Shown in pieces: positions 8,749 through 17,443 of a DNA stretch of 61,097 nucleotides. The translations under genes and the position numbers were made by a program. Below the pieces are notes generated by a model, which ran no database searches, was not told the origin of the DNA, and saw only the letters and a program-made list of their open reading frames with translations. Source of the DNA: Promethearchaeota archaeon (lineage in GTDB: Archaea; Asgardarchaeota; Lokiarchaeia; Sigyniarchaeales; SOKP01); the NCBI GenBank assembly GCA_004524535.1, contig SDNY01000004.1, forward strand, positions 1 through 61,097, written 5' to 3'. Position 1 is the first letter of the stretch. Every line of letters starts with the position of its first letter.

Positions 8749-9498
8749 ATGAATGAAAACTCAATAAACCCTGATAATTATGGAGATACCTTCCAGCAAA
8801 AATCGAAATATGTTCGCGGTAAATTACCAAGACATTATTTAGATTGGGAAAAAAAACCAAATCCCTATAAAGAGTATAAAGCACCTTTAAATAAGATAAA
8901 ATTACCTAATCCAGAATTTAATGAAAACGTAAGATTTTGGAATGTTATAATAAATCGGAAATCTACTAGAAAATTTAGTAAATTACCAATAACTGTTAAT
9001 GAATTAAGTTTACTTTTATATGGGATGATAGGAATTACCCGAATCTCACCTCATATTGCTTATAGAACAACACCATCAGCAGGGGGGTTATATCCTATTG
9101 AGATCTATCCAATAGTGAATAATATTGAAGGTTTAGAGAAAGGAATATATCACTATAATATCCCTCAACATTCAATAGAATTATTAAAGAAAGGAGATTT
9201 CAGAAGACAGATTTCAGATGGATGCTTAGGTCAAGGAATGGCATTCAATTCAGCTGTTAACTTTATATTTACAGCTATAATTGAAAGATCAAAGTGGAAA
9301 TATTTACAACGGTGCTATCGATACATTTATTTGGATTGTGGTCATATTGGACAGAATTTCTATCTCATTGCAGAAGCATTAGGGCTAGGTGCTTGTACAA
9401 TAGGTGCAATTTTTGACAATGAATTAAATAACATCTTAGAGATTGATGGAAAAAAAGAAACGGCAATTTATGTTGGAGTTGCCGGAAAAAAAGAATAA
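8749..9498 (+). CDS. SagB/ThcOx-type nitroreductase-family dehydrogenase
   Basis: RKSTRKFS, RTTPSAGGLYPIEIY, GIYHY, RCYRYIYLDCGHIGQNFYL and LGLGACTIGAIFD form the characteristic SagB-type motif series. Confidence 0.75.
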   Translation: MNENSINPDNYGDTFQQKSKYVRGKLPRHYLDWEKKPNPYKEYKAPLNKIKLPNPEFNENVRFWNVIINRKSTRKFSKLPITVNELSLLLYGMIGITRISPHIAYRTTPSAGGLYPIEIYPIVNNIEGLEKGIYHYNIPQHSIELLKKGDFRRQISDGCLGQGMAFNSAVNFIFTAIIERSKWKYLQRCYRYIYLDCGHIGQNFYLIAEALGLGACTIGAIFDNELNNILEIDGKKETAIYVGVAGKKE

Positions 9499-9544
9499 AG
9501 CAATTTTTAATATAGACGTTAATTCTTAAAACACAGAACAAATT

Positions 9545-10279
9545 ATGGAAAAACTAAACAAAGAGTTCAAAAATGTAAAGGATTCAGATAATCCAGATGA
9601 AATTAATGATTTCTTAATCAAACTTGGCAAAAATCCTCAACATAATCATATTACTTTTTTGAAATATTTTATAGAAATTACTGATCCTGAAATTCATGAA
9701 CAAATAAAAATAAACTTAGTTTATGATTTGGGCGAAATAGGTAAGCTAGAAATAATAGATGTTAAATTTATTGATTATTTAATGAAAGAATATTATAATT
9801 CTGACAGATGGATTAGAAACGAGATAATAGTAGCATTTAGAAAAATCTCTATGAATACAGATTTATCAGAGCAAGTAATACAGCTCATAGGAAATTCTCT
9901 AAAAGAAGATTATGCACCTATTAAAACAAATGCGCTTAAAGCTTTATCTTATATTAATAATATCCCTAAATCTCTCCTAAAGAATATATTATATATCTTA
10001 AATTCATCTAATTCTGAATTAGAGGAATTAAGTACAAATATTTTACGAAAATCAATAAAAAATGAGTTTATATTAGTAGATTTGTTAGACTCTCTTGAAA
10101 ATTATAAAATTTTGAATAAGAAAGGAATTCGTTCAATTTTATTAATATATTTCAATTCAGTAGATAGTCTAGAATCTTTTAGAGAATTAATATTAAAATC
10201 CAAATGGGATATTAACTATAAGGAAATGTTTTTGAATGAGATTGATGATTATCAGCGATTATTGTTGAAAAATCGCTAA
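9545..10279 (+). CDS. HEAT/ARM-like alpha-solenoid repeat protein (tentative)
   Basis: Helical repeats with HEAT-like cores (DRWIRNEIIVAFRKI; APIKTNALKALSYI). The 3' end overlaps the convergent ATPase gene by 21 nt. Confidence 0.35.
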   Translation: MEKLNKEFKNVKDSDNPDEINDFLIKLGKNPQHNHITFLKYFIEITDPEIHEQIKINLVYDLGEIGKLEIIDVKFIDYLMKEYYNSDRWIRNEIIVAFRKISMNTDLSEQVIQLIGNSLKEDYAPIKTNALKALSYINNIPKSLLKNILYILNSSNSELEELSTNILRKSIKNEFILVDLLDSLENYKILNKKGIRSILLIYFNSVDSLESFRELILKSKWDINYKEMFLNEIDDYQRLLLKNR

Positions 10280-11500
10280 ATTTTCGTAGCGGCTTATAAT
10301 ATCTTCTAGATTTTCGTCTGAGTATATAATATCATTAAATATTTTTATTAAATATTTTATAATCTCTCTTGGATTTCCATTTGTTTTATGATATATATTT
10401 TTCAAAATCTTTTCATTCAGGGGGAAATATATGTTTGGATCCTCTTTAAGAAAATCAAGGTAATTAATGTTTATTAAAAATTCTTCAAGATTTTTTTTAT
10501 AAAAGTCATATATATCGTTTTCTTCAAAATTTCTTAGAAAGATTGGTTCTTTAAAGGTTGATAATAAAGTAATGTCTCTTTCTTTAACAAGAGATTTTAT
10601 TTCTTCTAAGGCTCCAACTGATTTTAGAGTGATTATAATATTTAATCCTTCTATTGTATGTAAATTTAAAATTTTATCAAGTGTTTTTTCAGCCGCTAAC
10701 TTTTCAGGTGAACTTGTACCATCTCCGTATAACCAATTAGGCTCAAAGATTTCTTCAGATTCTTTATCAGGTTTCATCAATGAAATTATTTTTTCAAAAT
10801 CATCAATAAATAGGACGCTTTTTAATTTTGAATTTTCAATTATTATCTTTAAGATCGTATAAGCATATGAACTTTTTCTAAGATCATATTGTAAATTAAT
10901 ATTAGAGAGTTCTCTAGAATCCATTAATTCTCCTAACAACCATCTTTCAGCTTCTACTTTTTTCCATGGATCCAATTGATGTGTTGTAATTGCGTTTATT
11001 ACATCACTCAGAGCATTTTTATCTTCAAAATTCGGTGAGCTCAATCTTTCAAACGCAATTTTATTTACTTTATCAATATCAGCTGGATCGTGGAAAAAGC
11101 CAAATTTTCTTTCGAATGCTCCCCATTTATTGCATAATTCGCTTGTTATATATCGTAATATTTCTGGACCCATTTCTTCAATGTATTCAGAATAGATATT
11201 GTAATAAAATTTTCTATAAACATTTTCTAATGAAATATATACTGTATTATGATAATGTAATTTATTTTTCAATGTCCAAAAAAGATGTGTCTTGCCAGTT
11301 CCTACACCTCCGATTACTGGCAAAATGATATTTTTTTCTTTTTCAATTATTTTTTTTATAGATTCAATTAGATCGAATCTAGATTCAGCTAAATCGATAT
11401 TTTCTTTAATTTCACCTGTTGCTACAAATTTTTTAAATGGGTTTAACCCAATCTTTAAAAAGGTTAGTAGTTTGCCCTTTTTATTTTCGTAAAGAAGCAT
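10259..11500 (-). CDS. P-loop NTPase, ORC/Cdc6-like or archaeal-ATPase-like
   Basis: Walker A is VIGGVGTGKTHL and Walker B-like is VLFIDDFEKI. A C-terminal TNGNPREIIKYL helix resembles the G.PR motif of AAA_16/AAA_22/arch-ATPase families. Confidence 0.55.
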   Translation of the reverse strand: MLLYENKKGKLLTFLKIGLNPFKKFVATGEIKENIDLAESRFDLIESIKKIIEKEKNIILPVIGGVGTGKTHLFWTLKNKLHYHNTVYISLENVYRKFYYNIYSEYIEEMGPEILRYITSELCNKWGAFERKFGFFHDPADIDKVNKIAFERLSSPNFEDKNALSDVINAITTHQLDPWKKVEAERWLLGELMDSRELSNINLQYDLRKSSYAYTILKIIIENSKLKSVLFIDDFEKIISLMKPDKESEEIFEPNWLYGDGTSSPEKLAAEKTLDKILNLHTIEGLNIIITLKSVGALEEIKSLVKERDITLLSTFKEPIFLRNFEENDIYDFYKKNLEEFLININYLDFLKEDPNIYFPLNEKILKNIYHKTNGNPREIIKYLIKIFNDIIYSDENLEDIISRYENLAIFQQ

Positions 11501-11519
11501 TTTTTATTATTAATCCTTT

Positions 11520-12158
11520 TTACAGTTTTAATTCTTCAATCCCGATAATTATGATATACTTTACGACTTTGTCATCGATTTTAACATTGAGAAAGGGATC
11601 GTAAGAAACTTTCAGATTTTCATATTGATCTCTTCCAACAATAATGCAATCATAAAAAACTGGATCCCCTCTTTGATCTATTGCCACTCTGTCAGCAACC
11701 GTTAAACCGTTAAAAATTAAGCTAACTGGATTTTTTATTATTTCTCCTTTAAAGAAATCTAAATGATCAATTTTAAAATTATATTCAGATTCATCCAAAT
11801 ATAATCCTGCTGTGTGAAGCATATTTATTGTAAAAGGAAACGAATCTGAAAATTGCGATTCATCATATTGATCCATCAGCTCTTTCGGGATTAATACAAC
11901 ATATTCTAATGTACACTCTTCCAAATTGCTCCAGAGGAAATCTGCCTTTTTTGAGAAGGCAACTTTTTCATTATAAAGATCTTCAAAACCTACCATTAAT
12001 CCTCCCGAAATCCTAATTTGATCGGAAATTTGAATATTATCTGAAAAAATTATGGAATTCATCTCTCTCTCTACGGAGATTATAGACCCATTAAAATTCC
12101 CGTTAATTTTTATTTCCTTGGAAGTATCGTATAATACAATATTATCTTCTTGGCTCAT
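11520..12158 (-). CDS. hypothetical protein (212 aa), co-directional and 19 nt upstream of the P-loop NTPase
   Basis: Long uninterrupted ORF with tight spacing to the next gene. No motif recognised. Confidence 0.4.
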   Translation of the reverse strand: MSQEDNIVLYDTSKEIKINGNFNGSIISVEREMNSIIFSDNIQISDQIRISGGLMVGFEDLYNEKVAFSKKADFLWSNLEECTLEYVVLIPKELMDQYDESQFSDSFPFTINMLHTAGLYLDESEYNFKIDHLDFFKGEIIKNPVSLIFNGLTVADRVAIDQRGDPVFYDCIIVGRDQYENLKVSYDPFLNVKIDDKVVKYIIIIGIEELKL

Positions 12159-12291
12159 TGGAATAATAATAAAAATGTAATTTTCGGTAGGGATTATAAG
12201 ATAATCTCAATTATTTATAAATCATTAATAATATATATTAATATTTTCATATGGAATCTTAGTCTTTACATAAAGAATTTTCTTATTAATA

Positions 12292-13521
12292 ATGGACTCT
12301 ACCGCAATTGTATCAAACTTACAAAGAGCAGAATTATTAAACAGGGCAGAGTCATTTATATTTTCCATGGGTCTCAATGATGGCGCTTCGAAATTGTGTA
12401 AGGCAAACATGAAATATGGCTTAGCTATGTTTCATCTTATTCAAGAAAAATATGGTTTTGACCCAAAGGCTACCTTTATATCGTCTCCTGATGAAACAAT
12501 TTCAAGAAATGTTTTTAGATGGAATTCTGGAATAGGATATGGAGGTAAATTAAATTGGGGCAATGGTAAGGATAAAATTATATTTTTAAATGTTAAACCT
12601 AATTGTTGTGGAATTTTAGTTGGTGGTTTAGAAGAAGTTCCTGAAGTTTATGAAATTATAAAAAGAATTGATGAGATAAAGGGATCCGAGCTATATCATA
12701 ATAATATATTATTAGACTGGGATTATGATGTCAGCAATCATTTTATTAGCTGTTTTGAAACTAAAAATTTATCGGATATATCTTTACCTCCGTATATCTT
12801 TTTTATTCATGGTTCAGCTATAGAACTTACCGACGATAAACATGGTTTGGGATTATATGTTGATAAATCTCGAACTTTAAAAGATTCTGCAATTGAAGAA
12901 ATTACAAAATTTGGAAAGCAATATATTCTAATTGATTCAAAGGCAAAAGAATATCTTAATTTTAATAAAAAAGCAATTGAATTTTCTAGAGCCAAAAGAG
13001 AGATTATTGCTAAGAAGATTTTTGGTAGCTATAGAAATATTTGTAATCAACCTCACCAGTTCCTTAAAGATTATAATAATATATATTTGGGAAGCAATTG
13101 TACCGATATAAATTGTGACTTTATTAATTCAGACATCTTTCCTACTGCGCTTAGAGCTGATATCTCTGCTTACTTGTTTAGAGGGAAAAAAAATCTCTCA
13201 GAAACAAATTTAAAAAATCTTAATTTTTTAGAAAGAATAGAAAATTTAGGAATTAAAGACATATTAGAATCAGCGAATCTCTTACCACATGGAGCCGGAT
13301 ATAGATTTCCAACCATAAAAAATGTTAAAAAAGTATTAGAATACAAGGATCAACGGTATTTTGTTTGCGAATTAATGATTAAAAATAGATTAAAAATAAT
13401 TAGAAATGTCCGAGAAATTCAATATGAATATAGAGGGAGAGATATTGTTTTAAAAACACTCCAATTAGACCTTGGTGATATAATTGCTCGGTTAAATCCG
13501 GTCTTCTCTTTAAAATTATAA
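12292..13521 (+). CDS. divergent RtcB-like (RNA 3'-phosphate ligase fold) protein
   Basis: The ordered motif series parallels RtcB. NVKPNCCGILV matches DINCGVR. VSNHFISCFE matches GGNHFxE. IFFIHGSA matches HxGSRG. NQPHQFL matches VAHN. FPTALRADISAYLFRG matches PGSMGTxSYxLxG. LLPHGAGYRF matches CHGAGR. The C-terminal ARLNPVFSLK matches RLxPxxVxKG. Confidence 0.5.
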   Translation: MDSTAIVSNLQRAELLNRAESFIFSMGLNDGASKLCKANMKYGLAMFHLIQEKYGFDPKATFISSPDETISRNVFRWNSGIGYGGKLNWGNGKDKIIFLNVKPNCCGILVGGLEEVPEVYEIIKRIDEIKGSELYHNNILLDWDYDVSNHFISCFETKNLSDISLPPYIFFIHGSAIELTDDKHGLGLYVDKSRTLKDSAIEEITKFGKQYILIDSKAKEYLNFNKKAIEFSRAKREIIAKKIFGSYRNICNQPHQFLKDYNNIYLGSNCTDINCDFINSDIFPTALRADISAYLFRGKKNLSETNLKNLNFLERIENLGIKDILESANLLPHGAGYRFPTIKNVKKVLEYKDQRYFVCELMIKNRLKIIRNVREIQYEYRGRDIVLKTLQLDLGDIIARLNPVFSLKL

Positions 13522-13637
13522 ATTTATAGGTTTATAATTAGAATTGATAAATCGATAAATTTCATAATACTCACTATGAAGTAATTAAATTAAAAGTTTA
13601 ATTTTAGGTTAAATTTAAATTTCAAGAAACATCAATT

Positions 13638-14705
13638 TTGTTAATGTCTTTATCCCCAAGTAGTGTGGAATTTAAATTATTTTTTGCCTTAACTATTTTT
13701 CTCGTGTCACTTAAAATAATTTTAATATTTCTTTTTGGAAGAGCAGTAAACCGTGAGAGAAAAGAAAATGGTACATTAGTATTTAATTTTTTATTTGCTA
13801 CATTTATATTATTATTATGCCTATTTATTTCGCGTTTATTCTTCATCTATTTTGATTTTTTTTTAACTGAATTAGATTCAGACCTTTATCACTTGTATCC
13901 ATATATAATTTATTGGAAGATAGGTATAGCTATTTCATATATTGGAATAGCGATCTTAATTCTTTTTATCGATAAGGGAATATTTAATTTTCGTTTGAAA
14001 GGACTCCCTTTTATTACAATGCTAATTGTTATAATATTCGTATTATTATATCCAGTCAATACTGCTAGGGATTTTGAATTTATTTCTCTTCTTTTAATTA
14101 TAAACACTATTTGGCTTTTGATAATCCCCCTTATATATTTTTATATCAGTATTAAAAGACCAGAATTTAAAAAAATGTCCCTTTTAATTTCTTTTGGTTT
14201 TATATTTTACGGGATTGGTCCCGTAGTTATCAATGAGCAAATCATAGCCGTGATGATATCCATTTTTGGTCCAGGTTTTCGTCTAATATCTTATTTCGCT
14301 TTTGCCATTACAAAATTAGTAGGGCTATTAATGCTCTCCTATGGTTTTAGAGGATATTCTTTACAATTATCTGAAGAAAAACAGGATTTTGATGGTCCAA
14401 AAATTATACAAAAGATGGGGGTACATATAACGAGACCTGAAAATCTTACTGATGAAGATGTGGCATTTTATCGAGAACAAACCGTATGTCTAGTCTGCAA
14501 GAATACATTAAGGGGCTTCATTTCTAATTATATTTGTCCGGAATGTCGAGCTCTCTATTGTGAAAACTGCGCTCGAACCTTAACAATCTTAGAAAATTTT
14601 TGTTGGTCTTGTAATAGCCCAATTGATAAGACAAAACCCATAAAGCTAGATAAAATAATAGAAGTCAAAGCTGAAGATAAAGAACTCAAGCATAAAAAGA
14701 AATGA
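13638..14705 (+). CDS. polytopic membrane protein with a C-terminal eight-Cys cross-brace (RING/PHD-like) zinc finger
   Basis: About 8 TM helices are followed by CLVCKNTLRGFISNYICPECRALYCENCARTLTILENFCWSC. The spacing is C-x2-C-x12-C-x2-C-x4-C-x2-C-x10-C-x2-C. The start is TTG 13638 or ATG 13644. Confidence 0.6.
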   Translation: MLMSLSPSSVEFKLFFALTIFLVSLKIILIFLFGRAVNRERKENGTLVFNFLFATFILLLCLFISRLFFIYFDFFLTELDSDLYHLYPYIIYWKIGIAISYIGIAILILFIDKGIFNFRLKGLPFITMLIVIIFVLLYPVNTARDFEFISLLLIINTIWLLIIPLIYFYISIKRPEFKKMSLLISFGFIFYGIGPVVINEQIIAVMISIFGPGFRLISYFAFAITKLVGLLMLSYGFRGYSLQLSEEKQDFDGPKIIQKMGVHITRPENLTDEDVAFYREQTVCLVCKNTLRGFISNYICPECRALYCENCARTLTILENFCWSCNSPIDKTKPIKLDKIIEVKAEDKELKHKKK

Positions 14706-14854
14706 ATTATCTAATCTTCAATATATCTATAAATCTTTAATAGTCGAATTACTGAGATTTACTAAAAGTAATATTTTCTTAAAAGTTATAAAAAAAGGTA
14801 AAATTATTAATTTCTTCAACTTTATTTTATTAATTACATTCTGGTTAGTTAAAA

Positions 14855-15262
14855 ATGTTGACTCAAATTTCAGTTAAGATGCCTGACCGACCCGGTATGT
14901 TAGCCGAGTTCACTAAAATGCTCAATGATAATAATATTATAATAGTGTCAATTACGGTTTCTCAGATACCAGGTTTAGTCCTTTTTATTGTTAATAAACC
15001 TGACGATATGAAAAGAGTATTAGATGAAAACAAATATGATTATTCCATGAAAGAAGTAATTGCTGTATTATTACCCGACAATCCAACTAGTTCAGAACTA
15101 ATTGAAAAGGTTGCTCAAGTATTAGGAGATCATAATATTAACATTGATTTTCTCTATAGTACTTTTATAAAGAAAGGACCAGTGCTCATTATACACGTCA
15201 GTGATAATGATAAAGCTGGAGAAATTCTAAAGACAAATGGAATTTACTTATATGAAAAATAA
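14855..15262 (+). CDS. tandem ACT-domain protein
   Basis: ISVKMPDRPGMLAEFTKMLNDNNIIIVSITV is a typical ACT beta-alpha-beta start. A second ACT-like half reads ELIEKVAQVLGDHNINIDFLY. Confidence 0.6.
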   Translation: MLTQISVKMPDRPGMLAEFTKMLNDNNIIIVSITVSQIPGLVLFIVNKPDDMKRVLDENKYDYSMKEVIAVLLPDNPTSSELIEKVAQVLGDHNINIDFLYSTFIKKGPVLIIHVSDNDKAGEILKTNGIYLYEK

Positions 15263-15308
15263 AGTTTTTAAAATCTTTTAGATTTCTTTTTAGTCTTTTT
15301 ATTATAAA

Positions 15309-17360
15309 TTACAGAACTTTGGATCCAGGAGCAACATCTTTATCTGGTATTAAAATAGAGACTGTTTTTTCATCTTCTGCAGCGAGAAGCATGCCATGAC
15401 TTGTTATCCCTCTTAATTTCTTTGGTTCCAAATTTGCGAGAACTATGATTTTTTTTCCGATTAATTCATTTGCCTTGTAATATTTTGCTAAACCTGCGAC
15501 TATAGTTCTTTTTTCAGTACCAAGATCTATAGTTAATTTTAATAAATTTTCTGCTTTTTTCACTTTTTCTACATTTTCAATTAAGGCAACTCTAATATCT
15601 AATTTTTTGAAATCATCATAAGAAATCATTTCAACATCACTCTTACCTTCTTCTTTTTCTTTTAATTTTATATATTTTTCTTGTATATCTTTAATATCTA
15701 ATTTTTGAAATAGAGGTTTAGGTTTATTAATCGTGTGACCAGCAAAAAGTGAATTCTCCCCTATGCTGTTCCAACCTAAATCATTTAATTCTTTTTGAAT
15801 ATTTAAATAATCTAGTATCTTTTTTGAGGTATCAGGAATAAATGGACCAAATAAGACCGCTAGAGCATAAACGGCTTGAGCACAGATATTAAAAACATGC
15901 CCAGCTGCTTCTTTCTTTTCTTTTATTAAATGCCATGGTGCTTTATCATTTAAATATACGTTCCCCTCTCTTGCAAATTTAACTGTATCTCTAATGGCTT
16001 TTCTTAATTCAAAATTTTCTAGAGCATTTCCTACAATATCCCCTATAGACGATATTTTAGAAATAAATTCTTTATCGGTATTATCTAAATCAATTTTTTT
16101 AGGTATTTTACCATCAAATTGCTTAATTATAAAAGTTAAAGTTCGATGAATAAAATTTCCAATAACATCATTCAAAGTTTTGATGTTATTATCAAATTCA
16201 GACCATAAAAATGAAGTATCACTCTTTTCAGGTCTATTGTAGATTAAATTAAAGCGCCAGTAATCTAATGGAGCTAATTCTAAAGCTTCATCAATCCAAA
16301 TTCCAACTCCCCTTGATTTAGAGAATTTTTCATTTTCATACATTAAAAATTCAGTTGATGACACATTATAAGGTAAAACTAATTTTTCACTTTCAGATTT
16401 ATCATCATTAAAAGCGATTAATAACCCAGGGAAAACGATTAAATGGAAAATAATATTATCTTTTCCAATAAAATAAACTGATTTTGTATTTTTATCTTTC
16501 CAAAAATTATCAAATTTTTTTGGCTGATTGACTATCTTTTCTGCCCATTCCTTAACAGCAGATACATATCCTAAGACTGCTTCAAACCATACATATATTG
16601 TTTTATTCTCAGCTCCTTTAAATTTAGCGGGGATACCCCATTCGAGATCTCTGGTTATAGCTCTTTCAGGCAGTCCTTCGGCGATACTATTTAAACACAT
16701 TTGACGGGCATTTTGAGGGATGATTTTATTTTCATTTATTAATTTTTCAAGGCGATCTTGTAATTTTGGAAAATTCATGTACCAGTGTTTAGTATTCCTA
16801 ATTTCTGGTGTTGATTCACATATTGCACAACGAGGATTTTTTAATTCTGAGGGAACTAATAATTTCTGACAATTATCACATTGATCACCCCTAGCATTTT
16901 CATATTCACAATGAGGACAAATTCCTTCTACAAATCGATCTGGAAGATATAAATTATCTTTTTTACAAAAGAGAGATTCAATTTCTTTTTCAAAGATATA
17001 TCCATTTTTTTGTATATCTAAATAAAAATCTTGAACAAATTTGATGTGAGTTGGATTATGAGTTACTGTATAATTATCATAGGAGATATTCCAGAGCTTA
17101 AATAGATTTTTAATCGTTTTATGATTTTTCATTGCCAACTCTTTAGCAGGAACATTTTGCTTTTTTGCTGCGACAGCCACCGGAGTTCCATGGGAGTCTG
17201 ATCCAGAAACAAATATAACTTCATTACCCTTTAATCGTAGGTATCTAGCAAACACGTCTGCTGATAATACAGATCCAATCATATTGCCTAAATGTGGAAT
17301 AGCGTTTACATATGGCCAAGCGGATGTAACCACCCATTTATTCCTAATTGTTTCTGTCAA
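15309..17360 (-). CDS. metG: methionyl-tRNA synthetase with a C-terminal Trbp111/EMAP-like tRNA-binding domain
   Basis: HIGH-type motif PHLGNMIGS and KMSKS-type motif KFSKSRG are present, with zinc knuckles CPHC...CDNC and C..CAIC. The C-terminal DIRVALIENVEKV...LLKLTIDLG...IVAGL...LEPKKLRGITSHGMLLAAED is the OB-fold tRNA-binding domain. The start appears to be TTG, with no ATG nearby. Confidence 0.95.
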   Translation of the reverse strand: MTETIRNKWVVTSAWPYVNAIPHLGNMIGSVLSADVFARYLRLKGNEVIFVSGSDSHGTPVAVAAKKQNVPAKELAMKNHKTIKNLFKLWNISYDNYTVTHNPTHIKFVQDFYLDIQKNGYIFEKEIESLFCKKDNLYLPDRFVEGICPHCEYENARGDQCDNCQKLLVPSELKNPRCAICESTPEIRNTKHWYMNFPKLQDRLEKLINENKIIPQNARQMCLNSIAEGLPERAITRDLEWGIPAKFKGAENKTIYVWFEAVLGYVSAVKEWAEKIVNQPKKFDNFWKDKNTKSVYFIGKDNIIFHLIVFPGLLIAFNDDKSESEKLVLPYNVSSTEFLMYENEKFSKSRGVGIWIDEALELAPLDYWRFNLIYNRPEKSDTSFLWSEFDNNIKTLNDVIGNFIHRTLTFIIKQFDGKIPKKIDLDNTDKEFISKISSIGDIVGNALENFELRKAIRDTVKFAREGNVYLNDKAPWHLIKEKKEAAGHVFNICAQAVYALAVLFGPFIPDTSKKILDYLNIQKELNDLGWNSIGENSLFAGHTINKPKPLFQKLDIKDIQEKYIKLKEKEEGKSDVEMISYDDFKKLDIRVALIENVEKVKKAENLLKLTIDLGTEKRTIVAGLAKYYKANELIGKKIIVLANLEPKKLRGITSHGMLLAAEDEKTVSILIPDKDVAPGSKVL

Positions 17361-17443
17361 ATTGACTTACCTCTCTTTATTATTTAATAATAAAAGGATT
17401 CCTATTCTTAAATATTTTAGATAAAACAAGATTTTAATCCTAT

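Noticed and set aside
12150-12410. 76-aa (+) and 61-aa (-) ORFs spanning the divergent promoter region between the 212-aa gene and the RtcB-like gene. Also 13622-13846 (-) and 8678-8884 (-) at other gene starts.
   Set aside because: They overlap the starts of better-supported genes or AT-rich promoter DNA, and they are composed mainly of Ile/Asn/Lys/Phe codons. I treat them as spurious.
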